A stretch of DNA of 64,000 nucleotides from positions 1,785-65,784 of the forward strand of contig NZ_JAWVZF010000001.1 in NCBI RefSeq assembly GCF_033722355.1. Direction: 5' to 3'. The notes beneath the pieces are model-generated. The model was not told the DNA's origin. It searched no databases and saw only the letters and a program-made list of their open reading frames with translations. Positions 7,092 to 17,267 of the stretch are shown piece after piece (positions within the stretch are counted from its first letter, which is position 1; each line of letters begins with the position of its first letter). Source of the DNA: Arsukibacterium sp. Its GTDB lineage: Bacteria > Pseudomonadota > Gammaproteobacteria > Enterobacterales > Alteromonadaceae. The translations under genes and the position numbers were made by a program.

Positions 7092-10000
7092 TTAGGGGCG
7101 GCCGGCCTCTGCCTGCTGTTTTAACGAGACTTTTTGCCTGCGCCGCCGAAACAGGTTTTTAAGATCTTCCAGGATCAGATAGAAGCAAGGTACCAGGATC
7201 AACGTAATTAAGGTGGCGAACAGCACCGCAAAACTCAGCGATATTGCCATTGGAATAACAAACTGTGCTTGCAGGCTGGTTTCAAACATTATTGGCACTA
7301 AGCCAAAGAAGGTGGTTAGTGACGTTAACAAGATAGCCCGAAAGCGCATACTGCCGGCAGAGATAATACTGTCTCTTAATGATAAACCTCTGTCCCGGGC
7401 CTGGTTAACATAATCGGTAAACACCAGACTGTCGTTAATGACTACCCCAGCCGCGGCAATCATGCCGAAGAAGGAGAACAGCGACAAGTCAAAGCCAAGG
7501 AAGAAGTGTGCCCATAATGCCCCTGTCATGCCAAATGGGATCACTGACATAATGATCACCGGCTGACTGTAGCTTTTCAGCGGAATCGCCAACAGGATAT
7601 AAACCAACAGCAAACCGGCTATCATATACAACAACATTTGGTTGCGTTGTTTTTGCTGCTCTTCTATCTGCCCACCCAGTTCCGATTTAACCCCGGGAAA
7701 CCGTTCCAGTAAATCTGGCATAATATCGGTTTTTACCAGCTTCACTACCTCAGACGTTGTCACCTGCTGTTGATCAACACTGGCTTCAATCCGCACATTT
7801 CTGAAACCGGCCTCGCGGTTAATCCGTGAAATTCCGGGTGACTCGGTAATATCAGCAACATCACCCAGCATCACAAAGTCTCCGCTGGGCAGTTTCAGGC
7901 GGGTGCGCTGAAGCGACGCCACCTGTTGCCGTTGTTCTTTCGGATACCGCACCATAACCCGCACTTCATCACCGTCGCGGATCATTCGCTGCGCTTCTAT
8001 ACCATAAAAACTGTAACCCACCTGCTGCGCCAGCCAGGTAGGTGTTAAACCCAGCTGATGGGCCAGCGGCTTTAATTCCAGGTTAAGCTCTTTGCTGCCT
8101 GAATCGATGCTGGAGCCTAAGTCATAAACACCGGGTATATTGCTTAATTCGCTGATTAGCGCATGGCCGGCCGCGTTTAGCTGATCTATGTCGGTACCGT
8201 ACAAACGATAGCCCAGTTCCCGCTGCTCGCCGCCACTGAATAAATCATCCCTGACCTGAATTGTTCGCACCCCGGCCAGTTCAGGTAAGCTTTCCCGCCA
8301 GCGGCGCCCCAGTTCAAAGGCTTTAATAGGCCGCTCTTCTTCGTCCACCAGCGTGACTAACACGGTACCACTGGTCTGATTGTTCAGCCAGGCCATCACA
8401 TGTTTGATCATCGGTTTGCCGCTTTGCTCTAACACCAACGTTTCCTGCTGATAAACAAGTTGCTCAAGCTGTTGCAGAATCGCCAGGCTTTGCTGCTCAG
8501 AGGCGTTCTGATGCATTTCGAAGCGTATTTCCGGATAGTCATGCGGTACAGGCGGGGTCATTACCGTACGGATATGGTTGGCAGAAATTAAGCCAAAGCC
8601 GCTGAGCAGGATGCCAAAAAACACCCCCAAAGTGGCATAACGATGCGCCATGCAAGCTTGCAAAAACGGTTGATAGCGCCCTTCAATAAAGCTCTGAAAG
8701 CCCTTGTTAAAACGCATACGCCAGCCATTTTCCGGCACCGGTTTTAATTTCGCATGCGCTAAATGAGCTGGCAATATCAGTTTTGATTCAACCAGGCTGA
8801 AAAACAAACAACACACGACCACAATAGAAATAACTTTAAATTCATTGGCCTCTATACTATTGCCCAGCATAAACGGAGCGAATACCGCCATGGTAGTTAA
8901 TACACCAAAGGTTGCCGGGGTGGCTACCCGCTGCGCGCCGCGGATAATATTGTCAATACTATGGCCTTGCAGCTCAGTTTCATGATAAGCACTTTCGCCT
9001 ATAACAATAGCGTCATCGACGACAATACCGAGCACCATAATAAACGCGAATAAACTGATAATATTGATAGTGACACCGGCGAAAGGCATCAGCCAGATAG
9101 CCCCCAGAAAGGCAATGGGTAAACCGAGCATAACCCAGAAAGCGACTTTGAAGCGTAAAAACAGCATCAGCATTAAAAACACCAGTACCGCCCCCTGCAG
9201 CAGGTTGCTCCACATCATATTCAAACGGCCATTCAGGTAATATGTCATATCGACCAGGCTGTGCAGCTGGTAGTCACCCTGCAATTGCTTATTTTTAAAC
9301 TCAACATATTGTTGTACGCTGGCAGCAACATCAGGCAACGACTGCGTTGCTGAGGCTTTCACTGCCATAAATGCTGCCGGTTTGCCGTCGTAACGCATAT
9401 AGTTAATACGCTCTTCAAAACCGTCATAGATGTTAGCGATATCAGCCAACCGGATCTGTTCGCCCTGCGGCCCGGTTATTATGGGCAGCGCGGCAAATTC
9501 ATCAGCCCGATAGGCCCGCTGTTCAGAGCGGATGGTAATCATGCCGGCGTCAGCGCGGATCATCCCGGCAGATACATTGTCAGAATGCTGCGCAATCGCC
9601 CTGCTGATATCCTGTAAACTGATGTTGTAACGCTCAAGTGTCGCCGGCTCAATTTCAATACCTATTTCCCAGGCCGGCATTGCATCAAAATCAACAAAAC
9701 TAATATTCTCCAGTTGCAGCAATTCGTTCTTGATTTGCCGTCCCATTGCTTTTAGCGCCAGTTGATCCTCAGTTCCGGTCAGCACCAGATTTACCGCGTC
9801 CTGGCGCCACTCCACCTGATAAATTGTTAGCGGCTCCATCGCGCTGGGGAAGGTACTGATGGCATCCATTTTCAGTTTTACCTGATCCAGCCGGGATGAA
9901 ATATCGGTGCCGGGCACCAGCTCAATACTGACCCGGCCACCACCGCGCCAGGCATTGCTGCGATAACGCTTAATACCTTCAATATCGGTCAGGGCTTCTT

Positions 10001-10220
10001 CAATTTTAATCAGGATGCCTTCTTCAATTTCCTGAGGCGCAGCGCCGCGAAAAGTGGCATTAACATGAATATAATTGACTTCTACTGAGGGAAACATTTG
10101 CCGCTGCATGGTGGCATAGGTAACCAGCCCCATAACGACAATAAAAACCATCAGCAAATTAGCGGCAACGCTGTTACGGGCAAACCAGGCAATAATGCCT
10201 TTATCAGGATTATAAGGCAT
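7092..10220 (-). CDS. RND efflux transporter permease (AcrB/AcrD/AcrF family)
   Basis: 1042 aa with two periplasmic loops; GIVVDDAIVIGE (TM4), GVVINDSLV (TM10), RFRAILLTSLTT motifs. Confidence 0.93.
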   Translation of the reverse strand: MPYNPDKGIIAWFARNSVAANLLMVFIVVMGLVTYATMQRQMFPSVEVNYIHVNATFRGAAPQEIEEGILIKIEEALTDIEGIKRYRSNAWRGGGRVSIELVPGTDISSRLDQVKLKMDAISTFPSAMEPLTIYQVEWRQDAVNLVLTGTEDQLALKAMGRQIKNELLQLENISFVDFDAMPAWEIGIEIEPATLERYNISLQDISRAIAQHSDNVSAGMIRADAGMITIRSEQRAYRADEFAALPIITGPQGEQIRLADIANIYDGFEERINYMRYDGKPAAFMAVKASATQSLPDVAASVQQYVEFKNKQLQGDYQLHSLVDMTYYLNGRLNMMWSNLLQGAVLVFLMLMLFLRFKVAFWVMLGLPIAFLGAIWLMPFAGVTINIISLFAFIMVLGIVVDDAIVIGESAYHETELQGHSIDNIIRGAQRVATPATFGVLTTMAVFAPFMLGNSIEANEFKVISIVVVCCLFFSLVESKLILPAHLAHAKLKPVPENGWRMRFNKGFQSFIEGRYQPFLQACMAHRYATLGVFFGILLSGFGLISANHIRTVMTPPVPHDYPEIRFEMHQNASEQQSLAILQQLEQLVYQQETLVLEQSGKPMIKHVMAWLNNQTSGTVLVTLVDEEERPIKAFELGRRWRESLPELAGVRTIQVRDDLFSGGEQRELGYRLYGTDIDQLNAAGHALISELSNIPGVYDLGSSIDSGSKELNLELKPLAHQLGLTPTWLAQQVGYSFYGIEAQRMIRDGDEVRVMVRYPKEQRQQVASLQRTRLKLPSGDFVMLGDVADITESPGISRINREAGFRNVRIEASVDQQQVTTSEVVKLVKTDIMPDLLERFPGVKSELGGQIEEQQKQRNQMLLYMIAGLLLVYILLAIPLKSYSQPVIIMSVIPFGMTGALWAHFFLGFDLSLFSFFGMIAAAGVVINDSLVFTDYVNQARDRGLSLRDSIISAGSMRFRAILLTSLTTFFGLVPIMFETSLQAQFVIPMAISLSFAVLFATLITLILVPCFYLILEDLKNLFRRRRQKVSLKQQAEAGRP

Positions 10221-10223
10221 GAT

Positions 10224-11366
10224 TTACTCCGCTTTTACCAGCTCACTGTCGCTTTGTGCCGTGCGCACCACCATACCCGGCTGCGGGAAATTGGGTACCG
10301 TTAAGATAAGCTGCTGACCATCAGTTAGCCCGGCTTTGACATAAGCTGATTTACCAATCTGGCGGATAACTTCGACCTCTTGCTGAGCCATGGTCATATC
10401 CGGTTGCAACAGCCAGACTTTACCGTCGGATAATGCGTCTTGCGGAATGGTGTAAAGCTTATCTTCAACCCGCCCGGCCAGACGCACTTCAACATATTGG
10501 CCAAACCGGATCACCGGTTGCTGGCTTCGCACCGCATAAGGGTCGTCAAGTTGCACCACCAGATGGCTCATTCGGGTCTGGCTGTCAACCACTCCCAAAT
10601 CACGTACCACTTTAGCTTCGCGACTAAACTGATCAGTTCTCAGCTGAGCCGGTATACCTGCGCGCTCTGCAGGTAAATAAGCCAGATCGAAACTGGCAAC
10701 AGGGACATACAACTCTGCCTGCTCTACGCTGTAGAGTTCGCCTAACGCAGTGCCAGTGCTTACCACCTGCCCTAAGCCAATATTGCGATTGACCACCAGG
10801 GCATCGTAAGGGGCGGTAATTCGGGTTCGCTCTAAATCACGTTGCGCTTTCTGCAGGGATGCCTGAGCCGATTTTAACGCCGCTTCTGCACTTAGCAGCT
10901 GAGGCTGGCGCAATGCCAGAGCGGTTATTTGATCACGGGACAAATGCCTTAATTCCTGCTCTGCCACCCGGGCTTGCGCCTGCTCCTGTGAAAGCGCCGA
11001 TTCGGCACTGGCAACGGCCGCCTGCGCGCTGAGTAAGGCAACCTGATAATCGGAATCATCCAGTTGTACCAGCACCGTGCCTTTGGCAACAACGCCACCG
11101 GCGATAAAGTTCGGATCTAAATTGATAACCCGTCCCGACACTTCAGGTGTTAAGGTGGTTTTCTCTTTGGGTTTCACTTCTGCCCAGAGTTGCAGCTCGA
11201 AACGATGCGGCTGGGCCTGCAATGTTTGTGTAACGACCAGCGGGGCCAGCGATCCTGACTTATCTTTTTGCAGTGGGGGGGTCGCTGTAGCCTGTATCGC
11301 AATAAATACCCCTATTGCCAACCCGAATACGCCTGCCGCAAACAGCCCTTTTTGCCAAGTTTTCAT
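10224..11366 (-). CDS. RND efflux periplasmic adaptor (membrane fusion protein)
   Basis: N-terminal TM anchor, lipoyl halves (PEVSGRV...GGVVAKGTVLVQLD; ITAPYDALV), alpha hairpin; 3 nt upstream of the permease. Confidence 0.92.
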   Translation of the reverse strand: MKTWQKGLFAAGVFGLAIGVFIAIQATATPPLQKDKSGSLAPLVVTQTLQAQPHRFELQLWAEVKPKEKTTLTPEVSGRVINLDPNFIAGGVVAKGTVLVQLDDSDYQVALLSAQAAVASAESALSQEQAQARVAEQELRHLSRDQITALALRQPQLLSAEAALKSAQASLQKAQRDLERTRITAPYDALVVNRNIGLGQVVSTGTALGELYSVEQAELYVPVASFDLAYLPAERAGIPAQLRTDQFSREAKVVRDLGVVDSQTRMSHLVVQLDDPYAVRSQQPVIRFGQYVEVRLAGRVEDKLYTIPQDALSDGKVWLLQPDMTMAQQEVEVIRQIGKSAYVKAGLTDGQQLILTVPNFPQPGMVVRTAQSDSELVKAE

Positions 11367-11467
11367 TAATCCGTTCCCACATTGCCGGTAAGCTCTTACC
11401 TTAGCAAAGGCTACGTAAAAAGACAGCGGGAAACTGTTAGCAAATATGAACTACTACAGCAGAGAAA

Positions 11468-11497
11468 GGGATTGCATAGTTTTGGCTATCCAATCCC
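11468..11497 (-). terminator. Putative terminator of the decarboxylase/der transcript
   Basis: GGGATTG-C-ATAG...CTAT-C-CAATCCC hairpin followed by TTTCTCT on the minus strand, 15 nt after the stop. Confidence 0.6.
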
Positions 11498-11512
11498 GGT
11501 AACTGGTTGCGG

Positions 11513-13768
11513 TTACTCTTTTACTACATCGATAAAATACTGCGTCTCACCGGCGATAGTTTCCCGTACCAGACCATGAACGTCGGTTTCAAAGCCCGGG
11601 AACTGGCCGTTGAAGGCCCGGGTAAACTTCAGGTAATTGACAATAGTCGGGTTAAAGCGCTCACCGGGCACCATTAGCGGTATACCTGGTGGGTAGGGTG
11701 TTACCAGCATGGCGGTAACCCGGCCGGTAATATCGTCAATCGATACCCGTTCAATTTCCCGGTGCGCCATTTTAGCCCAGGCGTCTGCCGGGGTCATGGC
11801 CGTTTCAATGGTTGACAGATACATTTCAGTAGTCACTTTCGCCACGTCGAACTGCCGGTAAATATTGTGAATTTGCAGACACAGATCGCGCAGACCCACT
11901 TTTTCATAACGCGGGTTTTTAGCCACAAACTCGGGCATCACCCGCCACATCGGCAGGTTCTGATCATAGTCGTCTTTAAACTGCTGCAGCTCAGTGACCA
12001 TTGAATTCCAGCGGCCTTTGGTAATGCCGATGGTAAACATGATAAAGAACGAGTAGAGCCCGGTTTTTTCAATAATGATGCCATGCTCAGCCAGATATTT
12101 ACTGACGATGGTAGCCGGTATGCCCTGCTCGTCAAACTGCCCCAGCATATTCAGGCCCGGGGTGATAATGGTCGCTTTAATCGGGTCAAGGATATTAAAA
12201 CCCGACTCTATCGGCCCGAAACCATGCCAGCTGTCAGTGGCGTGCAACACCCAGTTATCCCGTTCGCCAATACCTTCATCCGGCAAATTCTCAGGGCCCC
12301 AGACTTTAAACCACCAGTCGTCATCCCCAAATTCGGCATCCACTTTGCGCATGGCACGGCGAAAATCCATCGCTTCAAACAAACTTTCTTCCACCAGGGA
12401 AGTGCCACCCGGCGGTTCCATCATCGCAGCAGCGACATCACAACTGGCGATAATGGCATACTGTGGGCTGGTGGAACTGTGCATTAAATACGACTCGTTA
12501 AAGCGATGCGTATCTAAATTACGGTTAGTGGCGTTTTGCACCAGAATTTGCGACGCCTGCGATAAGCCGGCCAGTAACTTATGGGTAGACTGTGTCGCAA
12601 ATACCAGGGTTTCATCAGAGCGGGGGCGGTCTTTACCAATGGCATGCATATTTTTGTAAAAATCGTGAAAGCTGGCATGTGGCAACCAGGCTTCATCAAA
12701 ATGCAGCGTGTCGATGCTTGATCCCAGCTGCTGTTTGATTTCCTCGACATTATACAAAATACCATCATAGGTACTCTGGGTTAACGTTAAAATACGCGGC
12801 TTTTTGTTTTTAGCATTACGGGCAAAGGGGTTAGCTTCTATTTTTTTAGCAATGGCCTCGGCTGAAAACTCCGCTTTCGGAATAGGGCCAATAATGCCGT
12901 AATGGTTACGCGTTGGCATTAAGAATACCGGAATAGCCCCGGTCATAATAATCGAGTGTAAAATCGACTTATGGCAATTGCGGTCGACGACTACGATATC
13001 GCCCGGCGCCACCACGGAGTGCCAGACCATTTTATTCGAGGTCGAGGTACCGTTGGTGACAAAAAACAAATGGTCGGCATTAAAAATGCGGGCAGCGTTT
13101 TGCTCGCTTTGTGCCACCGGTCCGGTGTGATCTAATAACTGGCCTAATTCATCAACCGAATTACAGACATCGGCCCGCAGCATATTTTCGCCGAAGAACT
13201 GATGAAACATCTGGCCAACCGGGCTCTTTAAAAAAGCCACGCCACCAGAGTGGCCCGGGCAGTGCCAGGAATAAGAGCCGTCAGAGGCATAATCCATTAA
13301 CGCATTAAAAAACGGTGGCGCTAACGCGTCCAGATATTTCTGGGCTTCACGGATAATGTGGCGGGCGACAAATTCCGGTGTATCTTCAAACATATGAATA
13401 AACCCATGCAGCTCACGCAGCACATCGTTCGGAATATGCCGGCTGGTGCGGGTTTCACCGTACAAAAATATCGGAATGTCGGCATTGCGCTTACGCACTT
13501 CTTTAACAAAGGCCCGAAGCTCGGTCAGCGCGGTGTTAACATCGGCATCGCTGCCACTGCCAAATTCCTCATCGTCTATTGATAAAATAAAGCACGAGGC
13601 ACGGCTGGCCTGCTGGGCAAAGGCCGTTAAATCAACATAACTGGTGTAGCCAACCACTTCAAAGCCATGACTACCAATGGCCTGGGCTAAGTCACGAATA
13701 CCTGAGCCGGAAATATTTTCTGAACGGAAATCTTCATCAATTACAATAACCGGAAAACGAAATTTCAT
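11513..13768 (-). CDS. PLP-dependent lysine/arginine/ornithine decarboxylase (fold type I, wing domain)
   Basis: N-terminal wing domain, WHCPGHSGG, FVTNGTSTSN, DRNCHKS, HFDEAW, TQSTHK (PLP lysine), PYPPGIP. Confidence 0.93.
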   Translation of the reverse strand: MKFRFPVIVIDEDFRSENISGSGIRDLAQAIGSHGFEVVGYTSYVDLTAFAQQASRASCFILSIDDEEFGSGSDADVNTALTELRAFVKEVRKRNADIPIFLYGETRTSRHIPNDVLRELHGFIHMFEDTPEFVARHIIREAQKYLDALAPPFFNALMDYASDGSYSWHCPGHSGGVAFLKSPVGQMFHQFFGENMLRADVCNSVDELGQLLDHTGPVAQSEQNAARIFNADHLFFVTNGTSTSNKMVWHSVVAPGDIVVVDRNCHKSILHSIIMTGAIPVFLMPTRNHYGIIGPIPKAEFSAEAIAKKIEANPFARNAKNKKPRILTLTQSTYDGILYNVEEIKQQLGSSIDTLHFDEAWLPHASFHDFYKNMHAIGKDRPRSDETLVFATQSTHKLLAGLSQASQILVQNATNRNLDTHRFNESYLMHSSTSPQYAIIASCDVAAAMMEPPGGTSLVEESLFEAMDFRRAMRKVDAEFGDDDWWFKVWGPENLPDEGIGERDNWVLHATDSWHGFGPIESGFNILDPIKATIITPGLNMLGQFDEQGIPATIVSKYLAEHGIIIEKTGLYSFFIMFTIGITKGRWNSMVTELQQFKDDYDQNLPMWRVMPEFVAKNPRYEKVGLRDLCLQIHNIYRQFDVAKVTTEMYLSTIETAMTPADAWAKMAHREIERVSIDDITGRVTAMLVTPYPPGIPLMVPGERFNPTIVNYLKFTRAFNGQFPGFETDVHGLVRETIAGETQYFIDVVKE

Positions 13769-13784
13769 CAGTCAGTCCTTGCTG

Positions 13785-15266
13785 TTAATCTTTTTTTGCC
13801 ACTTTCTGGCGGGCTTTCATTAACCGCTCACGCTTGTATTTCTGCAGCGCGGTTTCGGTATTTTTCTTGGTTGGGGTAAAGGGGTTTTCCCCTTCACGAA
13901 ACTCAACCCGAACCGGCGTTCCCATCATTTGCAACGCCTTACGATAATAGTTCATCAGATAGCGTTTGTAAGAATCCGGTAAGTCTTTTACCTGATTACC
14001 GTGAATAACAATAATCGGTGGATTATAGCCACCGGCATGGGCATATTTCAGTTTTACCCTGCGACCATGCACCATAGGCGGCTGGTGATCTTCCTGCGCC
14101 ATTTTCATAATGCGGGTAAGCAGTGAGGTACTGACCCGCTTAGTGGCGGAATCAAACGCTTCTTCGACGGACTCAAATAAGTTACCGACGCCTGAACCAT
14201 GCAGGGCCGAGATAAAATGCAAGCGGGCAAAATCAATAAAACCTAAGCGGCGGTCAAGTTCGCGCTTCACCTCATCTTTAATACTGTCATCAAGGCCATC
14301 CCATTTATTGACGGCGATCACCAGCGAGCGGCCGGCATTTAAGGCAAAGCCAAGAATACTCAGGTCCTGATCAGAAATGCCCTGACGGGCGTCCAGCACC
14401 AGCAACACCACGTTTGCTTCTTCGATGGCCTGCAGGGTTTTGATGACTGAAAATTTTTCGACCATGTCATCAATTTTACCGCGCCGGCGCACCCCGGCTG
14501 TGTCAATCAGGGTGTAGTTGCGCTCGTTGCGCTGCATCGGAATAAATACGGAGTCACGGGTGGTGCCGGGCATATCGAATACCACCACGCGCTCTTCGCC
14601 GAGGATCCGGTTAGTCAGCGTAGATTTACCGACATTGGGCCGGCCGACAATTGCCAGCTTAATATGTTCGCTGCGAAGCCTAGCGGCTTCTGCATCCGCC
14701 TGCTCTTCCGTCAGGGTTTCCAGCGCCGGACCGGCAGCCGCAGCCTCGCCCTGGGCCACGGTATTAACCTTATCCGCCAGAAATGGCAGTAATGCATGTT
14801 GCAACAATGCTGAAACACCACGACCATGAGCAGCGGCTATCGGATATACCTCCCCCACTCCCAGACTATAAAAATCGGCGATAGCGGTGTCAGCATCAAG
14901 TCCATCGGTTTTATTCGCTACCAGAAATACCGGCTTTTCCACCCGGCGGATATGCGCTGCAATGGCGCTGTCACCGACGGTTGCACCGGCCCGGGCGTCT
15001 ACCATAAACAGCACCACATCGGCCTCAGCAATGGCTTTAAGTGACTGCTCCGCCATTTCCACCTCAATGCCCTGCTCATTACCGTCAATACCACCGGTAT
15101 CAACCACAATAAACTCCAGGCCGTCAAAATTGACCGAGCCGTATTTGCGATCCCGCGTTAAACCGGGAAAGTCTGCAACCAAAGCATCGCGGGTGCGGGT
15201 TAAGCGATTAAACAGTGTGGATTTGCCGACATTGGCGCGCCCCACCAGGGCCACTACAGGTAACAT
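13785..15266 (-). CDS. der: Ribosome biogenesis GTPase Der
   Basis: Two G domains ([16 protein letters not shown]; DTGG/DTAG; NKTD/NKWD) and a KH-like C terminus. Confidence 0.98.
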   Translation of the reverse strand: MLPVVALVGRANVGKSTLFNRLTRTRDALVADFPGLTRDRKYGSVNFDGLEFIVVDTGGIDGNEQGIEVEMAEQSLKAIAEADVVLFMVDARAGATVGDSAIAAHIRRVEKPVFLVANKTDGLDADTAIADFYSLGVGEVYPIAAAHGRGVSALLQHALLPFLADKVNTVAQGEAAAAGPALETLTEEQADAEAARLRSEHIKLAIVGRPNVGKSTLTNRILGEERVVVFDMPGTTRDSVFIPMQRNERNYTLIDTAGVRRRGKIDDMVEKFSVIKTLQAIEEANVVLLVLDARQGISDQDLSILGFALNAGRSLVIAVNKWDGLDDSIKDEVKRELDRRLGFIDFARLHFISALHGSGVGNLFESVEEAFDSATKRVSTSLLTRIMKMAQEDHQPPMVHGRRVKLKYAHAGGYNPPIIVIHGNQVKDLPDSYKRYLMNYYRKALQMMGTPVRVEFREGENPFTPTKKNTETALQKYKRERLMKARQKVAKKD

Positions 15267-15289
15267 TCAGTCAACCTCAAAAATAAGAA

Positions 15290-15311
15290 AACAGGCCCAA
15301 TCAGGCCTGTT
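15290..15311 (-). terminator. Terminator-like hairpin between bamB and der
   Basis: AACAGGCC-6nt-GGCCTGTT stem followed by TTCTTATTTTT on the minus strand. Confidence 0.55.
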
Positions 15312-15338
15312 CCTTCAGTTATTTGCCTAGAGTACCGG

Positions 15339-16514
15339 TTAAGGTACTTGTAATAAGACTAGCTCACCATTGCGGCTTGTCACTAACAGATAGTCATCAG
15401 TTGCCACCGCCTCGCGGTAAAAACCCGAACTGTCGAAGCTTTGCCGGGCAACAAATTCACCCGTCTCACGGTTCAACCAGTGCAGATTACCTTTAGCATC
15501 CCCGACTACCAGATACTCTTTATAAACCGTCGGTCCGGTTAAAAAATGGCGCTGTAAACCCTGCTGGCCCCAGACTTCACTGCCGTTACGCCGGTCTACT
15601 GCGTAAATGCCGCCGGTAGAGTCAACCAGATAAAGAATATTGCCAGCAACCGCCATATTACGGAAACTGGCATAGTCACGTTTCCAGATCTGGCGTCCAC
15701 TGCGCAGTTCCATCGCAACCAACTCACCATTGTAGGCAATCGTATATATGGTACCGGCAATAACGATAGGCTTGGCGTCAACGTCAACCAAACGGGATAA
15801 ATCGGTACTGCCTTGTGGCACAGCAATAACTTCTTCCCAGGCCTGATAGCCCCGTTCAGCGATCAATACCCCAACCCGGCCTGTACCACTACCGTAAATC
15901 ACGCCACCGGCCTCAATGACCGGCTCACTGACGCCACGAATGGTCAACGGCGGCTGCTCATCTTCAAACAACCAACGCTGCTCGCCGTTGTCTGCATCCA
16001 GTGCGACCAGGGTGCCGGCAGTCGTCGCGATCACAACCAAACCTTCGCCAACTGCCGGGCTGGCAATAACTTCACCTTGCACCGGAGCCCGCCATAACAA
16101 TTCGCCATTTGCCGCATTCAAGGCAAAGACTTCACCATCTTCCGTACCCAGGTACAATTTGCCATTGGCGAAGGTGACGCCACCAGCGATGCGGGCGGTT
16201 TCACCAGTAAACCGGGCCAGCAAAGAGGATTCTCCTTCATTGCGTAAATCAAAGCTCCATAAGGTACGCCCGTTACTGAGATTTTTAGCCACCACAATAC
16301 CATTTCGGCTTGCGGCATACACTTTGTCGCCAACAATAGCCGGTTTTAAACCTGACTCGTAATGAGCAACTCCGTTACCCACCTTGCTTTGCCAGACTTT
16401 ATCCGGGTCAATACTGTTCTGTACGTCCGGCAACACCAGCTTCTCCTTGCTGGAACAGGCAGTTAGCGCCAGCGCCACGACCAGAGCCGCCGTAATTCTT
16501 CCAAATAATTTCAC
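15339..16514 (-). CDS. bamB: Outer membrane protein assembly factor BamB
   Basis: Lipobox LALTAC, PQQ-like beta-propeller repeats, RLVDVDAKP; conserved position between yfgM and der. Confidence 0.95.
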   Translation of the reverse strand: MKLFGRITAALVVALALTACSSKEKLVLPDVQNSIDPDKVWQSKVGNGVAHYESGLKPAIVGDKVYAASRNGIVVAKNLSNGRTLWSFDLRNEGESSLLARFTGETARIAGGVTFANGKLYLGTEDGEVFALNAANGELLWRAPVQGEVIASPAVGEGLVVIATTAGTLVALDADNGEQRWLFEDEQPPLTIRGVSEPVIEAGGVIYGSGTGRVGVLIAERGYQAWEEVIAVPQGSTDLSRLVDVDAKPIVIAGTIYTIAYNGELVAMELRSGRQIWKRDYASFRNMAVAGNILYLVDSTGGIYAVDRRNGSEVWGQQGLQRHFLTGPTVYKEYLVVGDAKGNLHWLNRETGEFVARQSFDSSGFYREAVATDDYLLVTSRNGELVLLQVP

Positions 16515-16526
16515 GCCTACCCCTTG

Positions 16527-17156
16527 TTAACTGGCTGTAATATGTGCCAATTCATCCAGTTTTACCTGTAATAACGGCTGGCTTTGTTCACTGCTGGCTA
16601 ACGCTTGCAAATAGGCTGCTTTCGCTTGCGCCAACTCACCGGTTAACTGTAAAACATCGCCTCTTAATTCAGCCTGCTGGGCTGCGAAGCTGGCAGGTAC
16701 CGGCTGTTGCAATGTTGCCAGGGCATCAGCATAGTTACCTTGCTCACGTTGCACCCGTGCCAGCCGTAACTGGGCAATAGCCTGGATAGGCGCTTGCTCT
16801 GCGTTAAGCATAACCCAGTTTAAATGTTCAGTGGCCAGCGAAAGTTGCTGACTGTCGATTGCTTCGCGGGCGGCCAGCAGCGCAGCAAAAACGGCATAAC
16901 TGGTATCGCTTTGGGCATCGATAAATCCCTGGGCACTGGCCAGCCAGTCACTGCCCTCAACTTGCTGCTGCTCCAGTAACTGGCTGTACTGTGCCGAGAC
17001 CTGCTCAGCTTGTGCACGTTGCTCTGCCTGAAAATAGCGCCAGCCGTACAAACCGGCTAAACCAATTACCACGCCGCCCAAAATGGCCTTACCGTAGTCA
17101 TTCCAAAAGCGTTTGATGGCTTCAACCTGCTGTTCTTCGCTGCTGTAAATTTCCAA
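16527..17156 (-). CDS. yfgM: Ancillary SecYEG translocon subunit / TPR-like protein YfgM
   Basis: EEQQVEAIKRFW, single TM, LRLARV, ELRGDVL motifs; TTG start with GGAG RBS; synteny. Confidence 0.92.
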   Translation of the reverse strand: MEIYSSEEQQVEAIKRFWNDYGKAILGGVVIGLAGLYGWRYFQAEQRAQAEQVSAQYSQLLEQQQVEGSDWLASAQGFIDAQSDTSYAVFAALLAAREAIDSQQLSLATEHLNWVMLNAEQAPIQAIAQLRLARVQREQGNYADALATLQQPVPASFAAQQAELRGDVLQLTGELAQAKAAYLQALASSEQSQPLLQVKLDELAHITAS

Positions 17157-17267
17157 TGTTACTACTCCGTAATATCCTGCTACTTCGGTTTCGTACCGGC
17201 TGCCACCGGCTTACTTGTTGTCTGCCGCGGCCCGTACTGTTTTACTGTTCGTTATCTATCGCTGCTA

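Noticed and set aside
17157-17267. 110-nt gap between hisS and yfgM as a possible sRNA
   Set aside because: No strong hairpin, terminator or repeated GGA motifs; no support from sequence alone
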